In this document: positions 1 through 14,000 of the stretch, piece by piece
Position numbering within the stretch: the stretch's first letter is position 1
Layout: each line of letters begins with the position of its first letter
Assembly (NCBI RefSeq): GCF_000315625.1
Contig: NW_005434628.1
Location: forward strand, 519,385-583,384
From: Guillardia theta CCMP2712
Lineage: Eukaryota > Protista > Cryptophyta
Direction of reading: 5' to 3'
Length of the DNA: 64,000 bases
The notes under the pieces: model-generated
The model's input: only the letters and a program-made list of their open reading frames with translations
What the model was told of the DNA's origin: nothing
Database searches by the model: none
Translations under genes and position numbers: made by a program

Positions 1-586
1 CACAAAGAAGTCCTCGAGCAGAGGAGACTTAAGATCGCTGCGCTCCCAGCTGCTCACAGCCTTCGTGTAGACCCTACGTATGTCCTGGATCCTCCTGCTG
101 ACCTCCTCCGGATCGATGACCCTGCGGGGCTCGAGGTTGGGCTCGGCCCTCTTTGACAGGTGGACATCGTTGGGGAAGCGGAGGAAGGGTTTGAACGCCG
201 AGTCATTGAAGCGCTTGGCAATGCTCGTAAACGCCTCAGCGTTGTCGGTGTTGGTTGCGTCCTGCAGCTGCGCTATCGTGCCGCCAGTATTGAGTCCTCT
301 TCCTTGTTGTCGCCCCCTGCTGTCCTGCTTCCGCTCCTCCTGCACTCAGAGTCGAGGAGGACGGTTGCGTGGCGGTCGGCATCGTCGGCTGGATGAGGCA
401 AACTACCCCACCACAGTTGTTGTTGGACCAGTTCTCGCCATTCTTTCGAAGGAGGCCTAGCCAGCACTTGTTGCAGAGTCTGTGCTTGCACACGCTGGCA
501 AGGGGAGCGGCAGAGGGGTCGATGGGAGCGAGGCATTCTGCACAGAGGCTGTACCCTCGCATCCCGTACGTGTAGTGGAACGCCAT
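1..586 (-). CDS. RING-finger protein, probably spliced, running off the window start
   Basis: N-terminal CAEC...CKHRLCNKCW...CGGVVC fits C3HC4-like spacing. A different frame continues open (…FLRFPNDVHLSKRAEPNLEPRRVIDPEEVSRRIQ…) to base 1. Confidence 0.55.
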
Positions 587-742
587 GAATGCTAGCTACT
601 GGCGGGATTCAGCCCGGGTCCGCGAACGCCGGGAGACCGGAGACAACAATGCACAGTCTGCCAGCAGTTTGCTGCCAGGTCTGCAGCACAGTCTGCTGCA
701 CAGTTCGATCAGTGTAGCAGAGGTGCTGCTCACTGTTCTGTG

Positions 743-2288
743 ATGAAGCGAGCTGGTGCAGGTGGACGGAGGGGAGCAGCAGGAGCAGGAGGAGCAGCAG
801 GGGCAGGAGGAGGGGCAGGGAAAGGCAGTGAGGTAGAGGAAGTGCGGCGATGGGCGCTGGAGATTGCGGCGAACGTGGCACGCCTGGTTGATATGGAAGA
901 GGTCATGCTGGAGGCTGTGGTGGAGATGATGTTTTGGGGCTTCATGGTCGTCGTCGTGATCTCTATCATCCTGTACCTCCTTCCAGTGGATGACAACAGA
1001 TGGAGGATGCCGAGGGACGTAAGGAGAGCTGAGAGCTATGGTGCGGTGTGAGTGGATCATGGCAGGTGGAGCTGAGCTACATGACGACGAGAGACCTGTG
1101 CAAGGTTCCATACTGGAGCAAAGGGAACGGGCAGACCATCATTCTCGTGCACTCCGTCGGCTGCTCGTCGGTCATCTTTTTCTTCCTCTTTAGAACGTGA
1201 GGAGGCCTGAAATCCTGCCAGAGATTAACTTGTTGCAGATTGACTGCAAAGGGATACCGGGTCATAACTTACGATCTCCGTGGACACGGGATGTGTTCGC
1301 ACTCAAGTCTCTTCACAGCCAGCATCTTGGTACTTGTGTAAACTTTCTTGTAAGACCCCTGAGCGAGCTGATATCTGATACTCTCCCTCTGCCATCCGTC
1401 ATCTCTGCATGATGACGAACGAAGTGTGACGATTTACTGGACCTTATTGAACATGTGAATGCGGACCAATGCTTCTTGTTAGGTAGGTGAGAGAAAATCT
1501 TGACTGCTCGTTCACCTTGTTCTTGTAGGCTATGGACTTGGTGGTTATCTCATCCAAACGCTCTGCATCCGCCATGCCCAACAAGTTTCAAAGAGAGTGA
1601 AGTGATATTATGCCTTGCTGTAGACGTGGTAGATGACTTTGTACCCAGAGGGATAGTTCTGGTCAGCAGTTTCCCTGTCTCACCTGCACGGGTAGAGTCG
1701 TTCCCCTGGCTCTACAAGATTTTCAGCTCTTGGGGATTCCTTCACGTCTTCTTCCGATTCCGCACCCTCGCCAGGGTCATCGCTCGTCCATTCTTCGGTC
1801 AGTTCGTAAACAAGACAATGCAAGTGAGTGGGCGAAGCTGATTGATGTAGGAGCGAGCTGACCTGCTGCCTGAAGGAAGAGCTTAGGAGGAGCTTCCTCT
1901 CCTGCCCGAGACACATATGGGCAAGAGGACTCGCGGCAGGCAAGACTGACGCGCGTTCCCTTCATGTTGTCTGATGGGCATCGGACAGGAGACGTGGACC
2001 TCACTCCCGACTTGAAGAAGATCGAGGCCCCTTGCCTTGTGGTGTGCGGATCCGATGACAAGTTTGCATTTGGTCTGCAATGTAGATATGAGAACTCGAA
2101 CACGGGAAAGGTGAGGAGGAGGATGTTCTACTCGCAGTGTCTTGTTGCTCGACCCTGTTGACCTGCTGCTGATGACTATGGCAAAGGTTATTCGGTTGGA
2201 GAGGATGGGCCACATGCTGCCCTGGGAGGCCCCAGATTCCCTCACTCAGCTTGTCAAAGAGTTCATAACCACGAACATGAATGTATAG
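743..2288 (+). CDS. Alpha/beta-fold hydrolase with N-terminal TM helix (multi-exon; start uncertain)
   Basis: Spliced segments GNGQTIILVHSVG, GYRVITYDLRGHG, DLTPDLKKIEAPCLVVCGSDD and LERMGHMLPWEAPDSL are typical Abhydrolase_1/6 motifs. Stop TAG at 2286-2288. Confidence 0.8.
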
Positions 2289-3319
2289 TAAACTTATTTC
2301 ATTCGATTCACTGTGAAGCAGAAGATGCCGTGCATCAATCTTAACGGTTGACTCGAATGAGCTCATCGGATCGTCGCCGGGACATTTTGGCCTTTGTCGG
2401 ACTCGCCGGGCGGCGGCGCGCCACCGTGCCGTCATCCGGGTGCCGCCCACTGGTAGTGCTACATAGGCGGCCCGGCCCGGCACGGGACAGTGCAGGTGAT
2501 CCGATCACATGCCGGGCCAGCCGTGCCAGTCAGATAGCCCCGCCGAGTTAACAAAAACTCTCCCGTAAACTAAGGCCCCGCGGCGACTCTGACGTGTTTC
2601 AAGGCAGCAATGTAGTACGTGCTGACCGGAAGACTCCGGGAGGCTTTCCTGGCCGTCACTTCAATGCTAAGGTCCTCTCATGTCCGATCTGGATACTCAC
2701 AGAGTCAGTGGGTTTAACATCCGGGCCTGCTCAGCGGCATACAGTACTCAGGCTAGCATACAGTCTATCTCTCATGTGCTCCGCAATTCTAGTCAAGTTT
2801 TGTGTGCATGAAAGTTAAACTTCGGTCTTGTGCAAAAACTGTCTTGTTACAACTAAGGTCGATGTGATATCTGCGTTACTTTTGGCATAGTACAAGTCTA
2901 ACAAACTTGTGCTCCGTCTCCCGGACTCCCGGCTCCCCGGGCCCGGCCCCCGGCCGGGCCGCCCGGCCACTGGCAGCCCGGCAGTCGGTCACGGCGGCCC
3001 GGCCGGGCCTAGCAACAAGAAAGTTCGCCTCGGAATGATTCCCTAAATGATGCAGAGGACAGCAATCGTAGTGGTGTGAACAAAGGAAGAGAGCCTTCCT
3101 AGTCTTCCACGTTCAACATGATGATGGCCGGGTCAAGGGCGAGGTACAGGATGGAAGAGCTCCTTCGGTCTAGCAACATGATCAAGGTTCCACGATGGCT
3201 GACCATGAGAGCAAGAGAGGTACGTCCATGCTGCCATGTCCTGTCTGTCTGATCGCTAGTCGCTCTAGAGACTTGCGGTCAGTTCTGAGACGTCGAGATG
3301 CCGTCTGGGAGGTGCACGC

Positions 3320-3640
3320 GGCTTCATGACAGAGGGAGGGATGAAGGGGCACACGGATGAGAAAGAGGATCCGATGGTACTTCATGACTCACACATGCTA
3401 CGAGTCTTCCATGCTAACTCAATCAAGGTCAGGAATGCTTGGATTGCAACCCTAACATGTACGAGCGCCATGTTCGGAGGAGGCATTGCGTTGGGATACA
3501 ACACGCTGCTTCCTGTGATGCATACGTGATCTTTCCCTGCGCTCTGTTTGACTCTCGTTCAGGCATGGGCGACGTTTCACGCGGGAGGAGTTGTTGCATG
3601 CTCGTTGAAGAAGCAGCCTTTCGAGATCGCCATGCACGGT
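3320..3640 (+). pseudogene. Possible membrane-protein gene fragment
   Basis: GT-AG-flanked exon-like piece VRNAWIATLTCTSAMFGGGIALGYNTLLP. No coherent continuation found. Confidence 0.2.
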
Positions 3641-4818
3641 AAAGTCGTCCAGTCGTTAAGATGGTCATAGATGTCGATTTGATTGTTATGATTACCAGCT
3701 CTGATTTTCTCTGGAGTGATGCTGTACTGGACCGGTGAGTGACTAGAATCTCTCTTCTCCATGATTGACATCTGTGTATGATCCTGCCGTTCTTGGTCTT
3801 GCTGTTTGCCACATGAACTGTGACTGATCGAACTCTGTACGAAGGTTATTGGGGAGGTGAAACATCACAGCAAAGGGCTATTGGAAAGAATGGGGAAGAG
3901 GATGATAGATGAAGACGAAGCGAATGTGAGAAGTGATGAAAGAAGTCTCGGCAGTCTAATCCTAGTAGTAAGGCGAATCCTGATCATATGGAAGTTCAGC
4001 CGATTATGAACAAACGTGTCACGTGTCACGTGTTGTTATTCCTTCAATCATATCAGTGTATGCGAGTAGTGTACAACTCTGAGCAACGGTCAGCGTCCTG
4101 AACAGGCTGCTTCAAGGCTTTGAGGATTCAAGCCGCTTCCGAAGTTGAGGCCCGGCCCGGCGCACTGAATGATTCATAGTGACTGCTGCGTACGGTAACT
4201 ACTTTAACCGTTGGAAAGCATTCGGAAGCTCGACTGCCGGAGTAACTTGACAGTAGTGTGGTAGTAAACCACGCGGCGGCCTGTCAGTGTGACAATTCGG
4301 ATCAGGCTGGCAGGTCGACCGTACCGTGACTCAGCCCGGCCGGACTGACTCTGCGGCGCGCCGCGGCGCGGGCCGGGCGGCCTCGGGCCCGGCCGGTGCC
4401 GGGCCGGGCCCTCAGTAGTACGGTACGGTAACTCAGGGCCCCGGCCGGGCCGCCGGTGCCTCCGAATCGCGCGCGGAGTCGATTTAACTGATTTTTTCAA
4501 AAGAATCGATTCGATTCACACTTGAAAACATTAAATCGATTCGATTCAATGATTGGAGGTGACGTAGAGGGATTGGCAGGTGATGGTGTATTGGGTAGGG
4601 GTCCTTTTATCAATGGGGGTCCGTTCAACAGGGTAGTAGAAGCTCAGGGTAAAAACGATAAGAGGGGTACTATAGCGAATACTGATATGGCTTCATTCGA
4701 TAAATCAGTATTCAATGTACACTCAAAGTCACCTCACAATAAGTAACAGCATTGTAGGGGTAGTATGACTTGGATCGGTTGAACTAGCAGGGTGGGTGTG
4801 GAGGAGCTGCAGGGCGGC

Positions 4819-6366
4819 ATGGCGCACGGGAGACTGGCCATGAAGGCGGCGCAGGCGGCCATGGTGATGGTTTTGTTGAGCTCTTCTGCTATGGCCCAAC
4901 AAGATCTCAAGGTGTGAAGTAGACGTATGCTTGAGATCCGCCACCACGATATTTGCGACTGATGATGCTGATTGCGAGTGATGCTTTCCAGCTGGTGTCG
5001 GCGATTGTTGTGAGCAAGTAGAGTGGATCGAGTTAGATTGACCGTCATGGCGGATTGATATGGAAGATCATGATGTTTGTTGACTGCAAGAATGATATGA
5101 GACAGGATTTTCTTGTTGATTTGACATTTTTCAATCGTCAAGAGCTCAGCGAGTCTAGCGCAGCATCTTGCATGCCTGACATATGCTTCCAGCTCAGCAA
5201 GAATGCAACAAGTGCATCAAAGGATTCCAAGTCCTCCATCGGAGGACACATCATCTCTGGATACGCAGATGCCTTCATCTCCTCGCTCATGATGATCATC
5301 GTGTCCGAGTTGGGTGATAAAACCTTTTTCATCGCCGCGGTGATGCGACTTGTGTAGAAGTCTCCCACTCACTTATTCTCAGATCATGGCCATGAAGCAC
5401 TCTCGTTGGATTGTTTTCTCTGGAGCCATAGCTGCGCTCGCCTTGATGACTGTCCTTTCATGTACCGCTTTTAAGATTGACGAGTGCATTGATTTTGACT
5501 AATACTTTCTTTTCAGCTGCATTCGGATACCTTTTGCCGAACATACTTCCCAGGGCATACACGCACTATGCCTCGATTGTTCTCTTCATCATCTTCGGAG
5601 CGAGACTCTTGAAGTGAGTCGGGAGCTTTGCCTTGCTTGCTTTGACATAGTTGCTCTTCCTTCCTTGCAGGGAAGGGCTCGAGATGGAGTCAGGGAAAGT
5701 CTCCGAGGAGCTGGAAGAGGTAAGTAATATCTGACGTGTTTTGTTCTTAACGGTTTGCCAGGTTGAAAACGAATTAGCCAAAGTTGGAAAGAAAACAGAT
5801 GTCGAGACTGCTGGTGTGCGATGTTGCTTTGCGATTTTTCCCTGACGCCGTTGATGTAGACGGGAACAATCAAAGCAATGACAACGTTTCCTTTACCAAC
5901 GGGATTTTGTGGCAGTCTTTCATCTTGACCTTCCTTGCTGAGTGAGATGCAAACCTTTTGCAGTTTGTGACCACTTTGACCTGAGCGATCCGGACAGGTG
6001 GGGCGATCGATCGCAGATTGCCACCATCGCTCTTGTGAGCTCCTTGTCTTTCGAAGGTCCCATCATGGTTTGACGTGTACCTTGCTGCAGGCTGCGCACA
6101 AGGATCCCTGGGGAGTAACGATCGGCGGAACATTGGGGCATGCTATCTGCACAGGGCTCGCTGTTCTTGGAGGGAGGATGCTCGCCTCACGGTAACCTGT
6201 GAGACCCAGAAGCCTCTGTGCTGACACTTGCGAACAGAATCTCAGAGAAGACCGTCGCGCTGTCCGGCGGAACTCTCTTCTTATTATTTGCCATCCATGG
6301 AATCCTGCAGGTATGGGTTCCGGGATGTCACTTCGGTGGTTGGATATGCCTTTAGAGACGAAGTGA
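4819..6366 (+). CDS. GDT1: GDT1/TMEM165 (UPF0016) Ca2+/Mn2+:H+ antiporter, multi-exon
   Basis: Both UPF0016 motifs are present (SELGDKTFFIAA and EWGDRSQIATIAL), plus PWGVTIGGTLGHAICTGLAVLGG and a signal-peptide-like first exon. The exact stop is approximate. Confidence 0.92.
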
Positions 6367-7798
6367 GTCGTTCTCCCCTCCTCCTGGTGATTTAGCATAC
6401 ACCGAACTCTCCTGTTTATGAACACTGTGCCCGCACATCAGCTATGTTAGTTAGTTATGGTTCGAATCGCACGCCTGTTGTGTTCCGTCCAACTTCGATT
6501 GTTCTTCCGAATGGCAATATTTCTACAGTAACATCTTATGGCAGATTTTCTAAATGCGCTGCAATGGATAGCTCCAACATCTCAGATCCTGATTCAGAAT
6601 GTCGATGGATAGGCTCAGGCTCTCGTCAAGGTTGTAATGATAGATGGAATCATAATGAATGCAAGATATTGAACACACCATCCCTCACCAATGAATCTCA
6701 ATGGCAATGACTTTACTAACTTCTCACCAAAGATAACACTCATCTCCTTGATACAGCCGGATGATCTACAACGGTTTCCAACCTGCCGTACAACCCATCA
6801 GCGACAATCTAAATCCTTTCGGAGGGTGGACTGGTATGGAGGATCGCTTTCAACATGTAAGTCTTGATTATACCAGCGACCCATAATAGATCGCCGGGGC
6901 GAACAAGACTAAGATCTAGGGCAGCCGCCATTTGATCGCCATCCATGGGCAAAGGATGAGAAATTGGTAAAGGCACCCAGGGATCGAAGCGTGCAACCAA
7001 AAAGAATCATGTTTCTGTCACGCTAATAACGATCTAGATGGATGAGAAGTTTGAGGGATCTATCTTACACGAAGAAGAAGCTCTGACCCACATTTGATCT
7101 ACGTCATTTCTTTGCTCCTCTTCGATCTTTCACTGATTCATCTTCTGTGACCATCTTTCACCAAGCTTACTCTGCAAGACGCTACAAGACGCTATCTTGC
7201 CGTCAACAACACTTTCATGGCATCGCACACTTGTCACCATCTTCTTCCCTTCAGAACATTTCCTTCCTTTCCCCTCCTCTCACATACGATCTCATGTCGC
7301 CCTCTCCCACCATCGTCTCCCTTGTGTAGCTGCCATACCTGATTTGTGTGCTCGTGCAAATCGGGGATGTGCGAAAGCACGTAAAGCTGCCCTGCAAATG
7401 TTTGAGATTTTTAACCCCAATAATGCTTGTTAAATTTGAAATTTACTGATGTAATTATCCATATCCAACAACATTTCAAGTTTGTTTTTTTTGGTTCTTT
7501 CGCATGTTCTGTCCCATTCTTAGACTACCCTACCCTCATTCAGATTAAATCTCATCGAGTACCCACAATTGCAGTTAAATATAAATTTAAAGTACGGGTC
7601 CACAAAGTACCCCACCCATCCTCACGGTGAGGCAACTTGCCGTTCCTCGCTCCACCGTTCCTGCTCCCTCTCTGTCCCCCTCCTTCTCTTCCCTTGCCTT
7701 CTCTTCCTGCAAACACCTCCTTGCTCTACTCCCTCCTCTAGCTCTACTCCCTCCCTCTCCTTCCCGTACATCTAGTAGATCAACTTAATTCCTTCAGC

Positions 7799-8557
7799 AT
7801 GCACTCGAGCCCGCCCTTCCTGCGGACTCTCAGTGGCGATGGCTGGATTCCTCACAAGAACCATCCAGCAAGACAGTCCGTCGACTCCTCCAAGTTGCGA
7901 GAGCAGCTCGGAAGAGTAGGCAGCCTCGGAAACATGGACTTCATGCAGATCCCCTCTGATTTCGGCAACACCGCAAACGATTTCGCCGCACTGAACATGC
8001 GTTCTCTGAGAGACGAGATTGAGAACTCTTTCCTCAGCTACAGCTCTCCCAACTCCTCTCCCCGGAAAGTGGAGGAAGAGAGACCGAGAAGAGAAGAGGC
8101 CATGGAGGATAGTGCACCAGTCATCTCAGGGAGCCTCGAGCTCCTTTCAGAGCAGGGCAGTGTCAATGGCATGCAGGTCCTTTGCTCCATCTCGAGTGAT
8201 GGCTCGTTTCGCATCTTCGAGGGGAAGAGGAGGACTGCGATCGCCGAGCTGCGACTGGTCGAGACGGTCGTGGGCTTCAGGAGGAGCGACACCAGGGGCT
8301 TCATCCTGACCAGCAACAAGCGGTTCCTCTTCGATGCCTCCAAAAGCCAGGAGTGCTTGTTCATCCACTGCGACGAAGAGGAGCAGGGGGACTGGCTGGC
8401 CGCCATGGTAAAGCTGGGGGCTGCGTCGGTGGAGATGGACGGAGAGGAGGAGGCGGAGGCTCCCCGGGGGCCGAGAGGAGCACGCGGGACGAGGGAGCGA
8501 GGGGAGAGCAAGTCGATGTCGCCCGAGCCTCGAGGGTTCTTGTCGAGATTTTTGTAG
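7799..8557 (+). CDS. PH-domain-like protein, 252 aa, single exon
   Basis: SGSLELL...FRIFE...AELRL...FILTS...LFIHCDEEEQGDWLAAM has PH-like strands and the C-terminal helix with conserved Trp. Confidence 0.6.
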   Translation: MHSSPPFLRTLSGDGWIPHKNHPARQSVDSSKLREQLGRVGSLGNMDFMQIPSDFGNTANDFAALNMRSLRDEIENSFLSYSSPNSSPRKVEEERPRREEAMEDSAPVISGSLELLSEQGSVNGMQVLCSISSDGSFRIFEGKRRTAIAELRLVETVVGFRRSDTRGFILTSNKRFLFDASKSQECLFIHCDEEEQGDWLAAMVKLGAASVEMDGEEEAEAPRGPRGARGTRERGESKSMSPEPRGFLSRFL

Positions 8558-8772
8558 GGAAGAAGGTGAGAAGTCAATAGACAACATGAACATCATCGTG
8601 CTTGTTCCCCCCCCTCCCATCCCCTTTCGCCCCTTTTCTCCCTCTCCTACTCGTCCTGTAACAGTGACGAAAGTATCATCGTGCTGGACCCCTCTTCCCC
8701 CACCCTCCTTCCCCCTGCTCCCCCGTCTCTCCCTGTTACAGTGACGATAACATCATCGGGCTTGTCTTGTTG

Positions 8773-11020
8773 TCATAATTCAGAGTCATAGTACTCCTCT
8801 CCCTCCACCCGCATCTCCTGTATCCTCAACAGCGCGCAAGCTCGACTGATCTTGTCGCTGCTACTCGTTGCTTTCCGTGAGCAGAGCTCCCTTAATTTGC
8901 ACTCCCTGTCCCTGCAGCCTCCTGGAGCTTCTGATCTCTCCATGCTGCCCGTTTGCACCTCAACCTCCTCCTTTGTGATCTTCATAGCTCCTCCTGTATT
9001 CTTCTTCTCTCGTGTGATTCCCTTCTCTCCTCCTTGCTTCAAACCCTGCTGCTGCTCTTGCGCCTTGGTGAAGTGATCCTCCCCGCTCGACCCCTCTTGT
9101 TTGTGCTGTTCTTGAGATCGAGTCCTCCCGGCCGCGACGTCCTCGTCCCCAAACTCTCTCTGTGAAGTTTTCAACTGGTTGCTCCTCCTCTTTTTCGCAT
9201 CAACTCGCGCTTCCTCTCTTCCAGGATCGTTCATGGGACGTTGCTGATGTGACGCCCCTGCCTCGTTCTTTCCACTGTCTTCCTTCTCCTCTTGCTTCCT
9301 CTCCTCCTGCCTGGTCCTCTCCTTGGGACCGTCGTCTTGCTCCTCCCTCTGCTCAACCTGTCCCTCCTCCTTGCTCCTCGCCCTCCCTTCCTTTTGCTGT
9401 TTGTTCTTGTCTTTCGGTGGGCTCGCCCCCTTGGTACCTTCTGTCTTCTGCACCTTTCCTTCCTCCTTCCTCCTTCCCTCCTCGCCCTCCGATCGCTCTC
9501 TGCCTCTGCCCTTGTCCTGGAGCTGCTGCGATGTTGACATCTCGGGTGAATCCTTCAGCTCTCGTGGGTCCTCCTTTCTTGTGTTGCTCGTCCCGCCCCT
9601 CTCCCTCCTCAGGGGCTCTAGTAGAATTCTGCTCACGTTGGCAGCCAAGTCCTTGGAGAGAGGCAGGAGGGAGGAGAGGGAGGAAAGGTCGGGCATCCCC
9701 TTGCTCCATTCCTTGGGCTTCCTCCTCCGGATCGTCTCGATTGAGATCTCCTTCTCGGATTCTCCTCCTCCTCTCCTCCTCTTCAGCTCCTGCTGGCGAT
9801 CGCGCCATCCTCTATCCAGCTTCGCAGCCTTTCCCACGTACTTCATCCCCAAGCTCACATGCCCGGCGTCAAGGAGCGTGGTGCCGAGGTTGCCCAAGAA
9901 CCTGGAGGTTGGTGAGATGGAGGCGGCAAGGCAACAGGACGGGCTCACTCTGCCTTGGGCTCCAGCATGGCCGCATGCGCGTACATGCTCGCTGCGTCCT
10001 CCCACCTGGAGAGCTGAGTGAAAGCGCTTCCTGCGTTGCTGTAGGCGCCCACGTAGGTCGGGTCGAGCTGGAGGGCCAGCCCGTACCAGAGGATGGCTCG
10101 ATCCAAGCGCGGGGGGGAGGAGGTGTGCCAGTGCGCGGCGATGCTGTTGCAGGTCTCAGCAGAGGTGGGAAGCAGCTCTAGAGCCATAGACAGCGACGCG
10201 GCTGCCTCCTCCACGTGCCCCTGAGCTGAGAGAAGGTTGCCAAGAGCATGGTACGCCTGCAGAGAACGAGGCGGAAGAGAAGGTCAAGGATGATTATGGT
10301 GGTGGTGGTGAGGAGGAGGAGGAGGAGGAGGAGGAGGAGAAGGAGGAGGAGTAGGAGGAGAACAGACAAGGAGTGAGGGGCAGTGAAGAGAGGAGAGGAG
10401 CACGAGGGAGAGAGCAGGAGGAGGCAGAGCCGTCTTAGTGCAAGTTATCTTCATCACCTTGGCATAGTCCGGACGGAATTTGACCGCATCAAAGAAGGAA
10501 GAAATGCTTGTCCTCAGACTCTCCTCCCTCCTCATCTTCCCGCTCTTCTCCTACATACCCGAGTCAAGACGTAGTGCTCCCTCCCTCCCTCCTTCCCTGA
10601 TCAACCCGTCTCCTCCTCCTCCGCCACTACCTCCTCCTCCTCATCATCATCTTCTCTCACCATTGCTTGACTTGCAATCCCCAGCCCGTAATGTGACTCA
10701 GCATGCGCTGGGTTGGCGGCGATGGCCTGCTGGTAGTGCAAGAGCGCGTCGGAGTGAAGAGATTGCTCCATCATCAGGGCGCCCATGTTGTTGTAGCCGT
10801 GAGCATAATCTAGACAAGACAGTGAGGAGAAGAATCATGTATCATGCTAACATGAGGAGATAGAAGCATGAGAGAAACGGAGACACCGAGGCAAGAAGGA
10901 TGAGGGTGTTACATTGAGGGGGCATTGATGGTGCATCATCGTCATCATCATCGCCATCATCATCTCCATCATCATCTCCATCATCATCTCCATCATCTCC
11001 ATCATCATCTCCATCATCAT

Positions 11021-11051
<31 letters not shown>

Positions 11052-14000
11052 GTCATCATCATCATCATGTATTTCTTCTTCTCTTCCTCACCTGGTTTCA
11101 CGATCGTTGCCTTCTTGTACATATCGAACGCTTCTTGGCGCATTCTATTCGCCTGGTATGAGTTGCCGAGAGAGTTGAGGATGATGGGGCTGTCTGGCTG
11201 CAGGGCCGCCGCCTGCTCAAACATCGACCGAGCCACATCTGCAGAAGGAAAGGGAAGAAAGAGGAGGCATCGAGAGGGGAAGCAAGGATGGGAAGAAAGG
11301 AAGAGAATGAAGGAGGGAGAGGAAGCAGGGAGAGAAGGAGGGAGAGGAGGAGAGAGTAGAGAGGGAGCAGGCAGGAAAGACAAGGGGGAGGAAAGAAGGA
11401 TAAAAGCGTCACGCAAACAACTCGCAGCATCTTCACGTCTCTTGCCTGCATTGCCGGCTGCGTCATGGCAGAAACCGAGGTTGTAATACGCTTCTCCTAG
11501 TTGCGGCTGCACCTCCACCGCCCGCAGGTACAAGTCCATCGCCTCCTCCTGCCTCCCAGCCCGCAGCTCCATGCTCCCCAGGTTAGCAAGAGCCTGCATG
11601 ACGTCAGGGACGAAGAGGAGCCAAGTCAGGGAGTCAGACAGCGATGGTCCGGAGGAAGAGGGCGAAGGGTGGGTGGGTGGGAGGGAGGGCAAGAGTGGGC
11701 GTCACCTGGTAGTAGGAGGGATGGATGGAGATGGCAAGCTGGTAGTGCCTCCTCGCCTGCTCGACGCTGCCCATGGCGGAGAGATCGTGCGCAAGGTTGT
11801 ACCTGACCTTGGCGCTGCGAGGACAGACTTTCACTGCGCTGAGGAAGAGCGAGGACGAGTTCTTCCACTCCCCGTTCCTCCTCCACGTCAGCGTCAGGTA
11901 CCCCACGAGTAGCGCGAGCATCGCGACCGGCTGCATCGCTCGGGCAGTGAAGCGAAGAAAGAGGCGGAAGAGGCCGACGCGGCGGAGCTTCTTGTCATGG
12001 GAGAGGGCAGGAGCAGAGCAGAGAAAGGAGGAGGCGAGCGCGCAGAAAGCGACGCTGGGGAGATAGAGGAGCCGCTCTGCAACTAGAGTGCCGACGGGGA
12101 TGACGTGGGAGGCGGGCAGGAAAGTGATGATGACCCACAGGAGCAGACAGACGATCTTGGTCGCCCTCCTCCAGTCCTTGGACGAGTCGTTGCCATCGGT
12201 GAGGAGGGAGTAGAGAGGAGAGAGGTGGAGAGTGAGGAGGAGGAAGAGGACGAAGTACAAGGCGATGGGAAGAAACATTCTCACGTCCTCGATCTTGTTC
12301 ACCTGCACCGGCTCTTGTCAACATCTGCTCCCATTTCTCCCCCTCCATGTCGACCTACAAATCCTCGTCCACTCTTCAATCAAAACTTTCCACCACCACC
12401 TCCTCCTCCTCCACCACTACCTCCACCACATCCACCACATCCACCACCACTACCACCTCATCCTCCTCCTTTGCATTCTCTTACTCCGCCCCCTCTTCTC
12501 CTTCTCCTTCTTCTTCTCCTCTCTCATCACCATCGGGATACAGTCGTAAGAGTAGTCCGCACTGAGTCCTCGCCAAGGCCATAGGAGAAGAGTAGCATAG
12601 ACACTGTGAACCTACCAGGAAATTTACTTTCTCCTCCTTTCCCCTCCCCTCCCCTCTTCCTTCTTCCTCCTCTTCCTCCTCAACCTCTCCACCCCTCTTC
12701 TCTTCCTCCCTCCTCCCTCCCCCAGCATCATCCGCACCCGTCCTGCTCCATCCCGCTCGCTGTTTCTCACCAGTGCGATGCTCGAGTACCTCGCCCGGGG
12801 GTCGGAGATGGAGGGGATCGGGTTGTCGAGGTGAGAGAAGGACGGGAGGTATTTCTCTCCTGTGAGCAACTTGCGGAGGAGGAGGAGGAGGAGTATCAGG
12901 GCTCCTCCAACCAGCACCCTCACCAGCGTCCACGCCTGATACTCCAACAGCTTCTCCTTCACCCTCTGGACCTCGTTGCCATCCAGACAGCACGGAAACC
13001 ACGGCTTACTGACCACAGACTTGAACTTGACTGACCTCCCTCCTCCCCTGCCCTCCCACGATGAGTTTTGACTGCAAGGGGCGAGCAAACTTTAGCCAGA
13101 ACTCACGCAGCAGGGATCAAGTCTTGCAAGTCGTCCTCTTCCTCGCTCTCCTCCCACACGTCTCCATCACTCTCCTCGCCACATGACGAGCTCTCATCCC
13201 GGCTCTCAGCTTCATCGCTCCATGAGCATCGGCGGAAGATCCCCTGCAGGTTCACAAGTTCACTTCCTCCTCTTACAACCCCAGCTCATCCTCACCTGGT
13301 ATGCCAGCACAGACATCAAGTCCTGCACCAAGAGGTATCCCAACACCGTGATGCCTGCGAGGCAAATCCCTCACAGCCCGTCAACCAGCACTCGTTCTCA
13401 CCAGTCTCCTTGCACAGGAACGACAAGATCGCCAGGGCCGATCCAACCAGCAAGCAGCGGACATGGCGGGAGGAGGAAGAAGGATGAGCTAAGAGGACAT
13501 GCGCTTCGTCCTCGCAGACGTTCCATGCCGGAGGAGCCTCCTTTGTGAAGGCAAGCAAGGACAACAATCCGAGCAGGGCACTCAGGGTCTGCTGTAATGG
13601 TCATGCTCCATGCCGCTCAAGCACACAACACAGACGTCAGCTCGTCCTACGATGGAGCTCACGGCCTCGCAGTGGACCTGCCATCCTGCTCTCAGGCCCG
13701 CGACCTTCACAGTCTCTCCCTTACAGGATGCAAGGCAAACAGCAAAGCAGCACAAAAGGCCGCGACGGGACCCAGAAACCTGATAAAGAAAGTTGTGTTA
13801 TGACATGTCATGTCATGAAATGATGTTTCGTCATTCGAGATGGCCAATGGAGCAAGACATTGACGACTTCACCTCTGGTAGACGAGGCAGGAGACAGCAG
13901 AGACGAGGGAATGGAACACAACGTTGAGCACGTGGTAACCGAAGGGATCCAGCCCTGCCTCGCGAGTCATGGCAGGCGAGGCTGCAGCAACAGATCACCA

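Noticed and set aside
9162-10181. Long antisense ORFs over TMTC and other GC-rich genes
   Set aside because: Shadow frames of real opposite-strand CDS with no domain signal.
10925-11161. Poly-His and poly-Met ORFs (also 19914-20192, and poly-Leu 23071-23481)
   Set aside because: These are translations of intronic or intergenic microsatellites.
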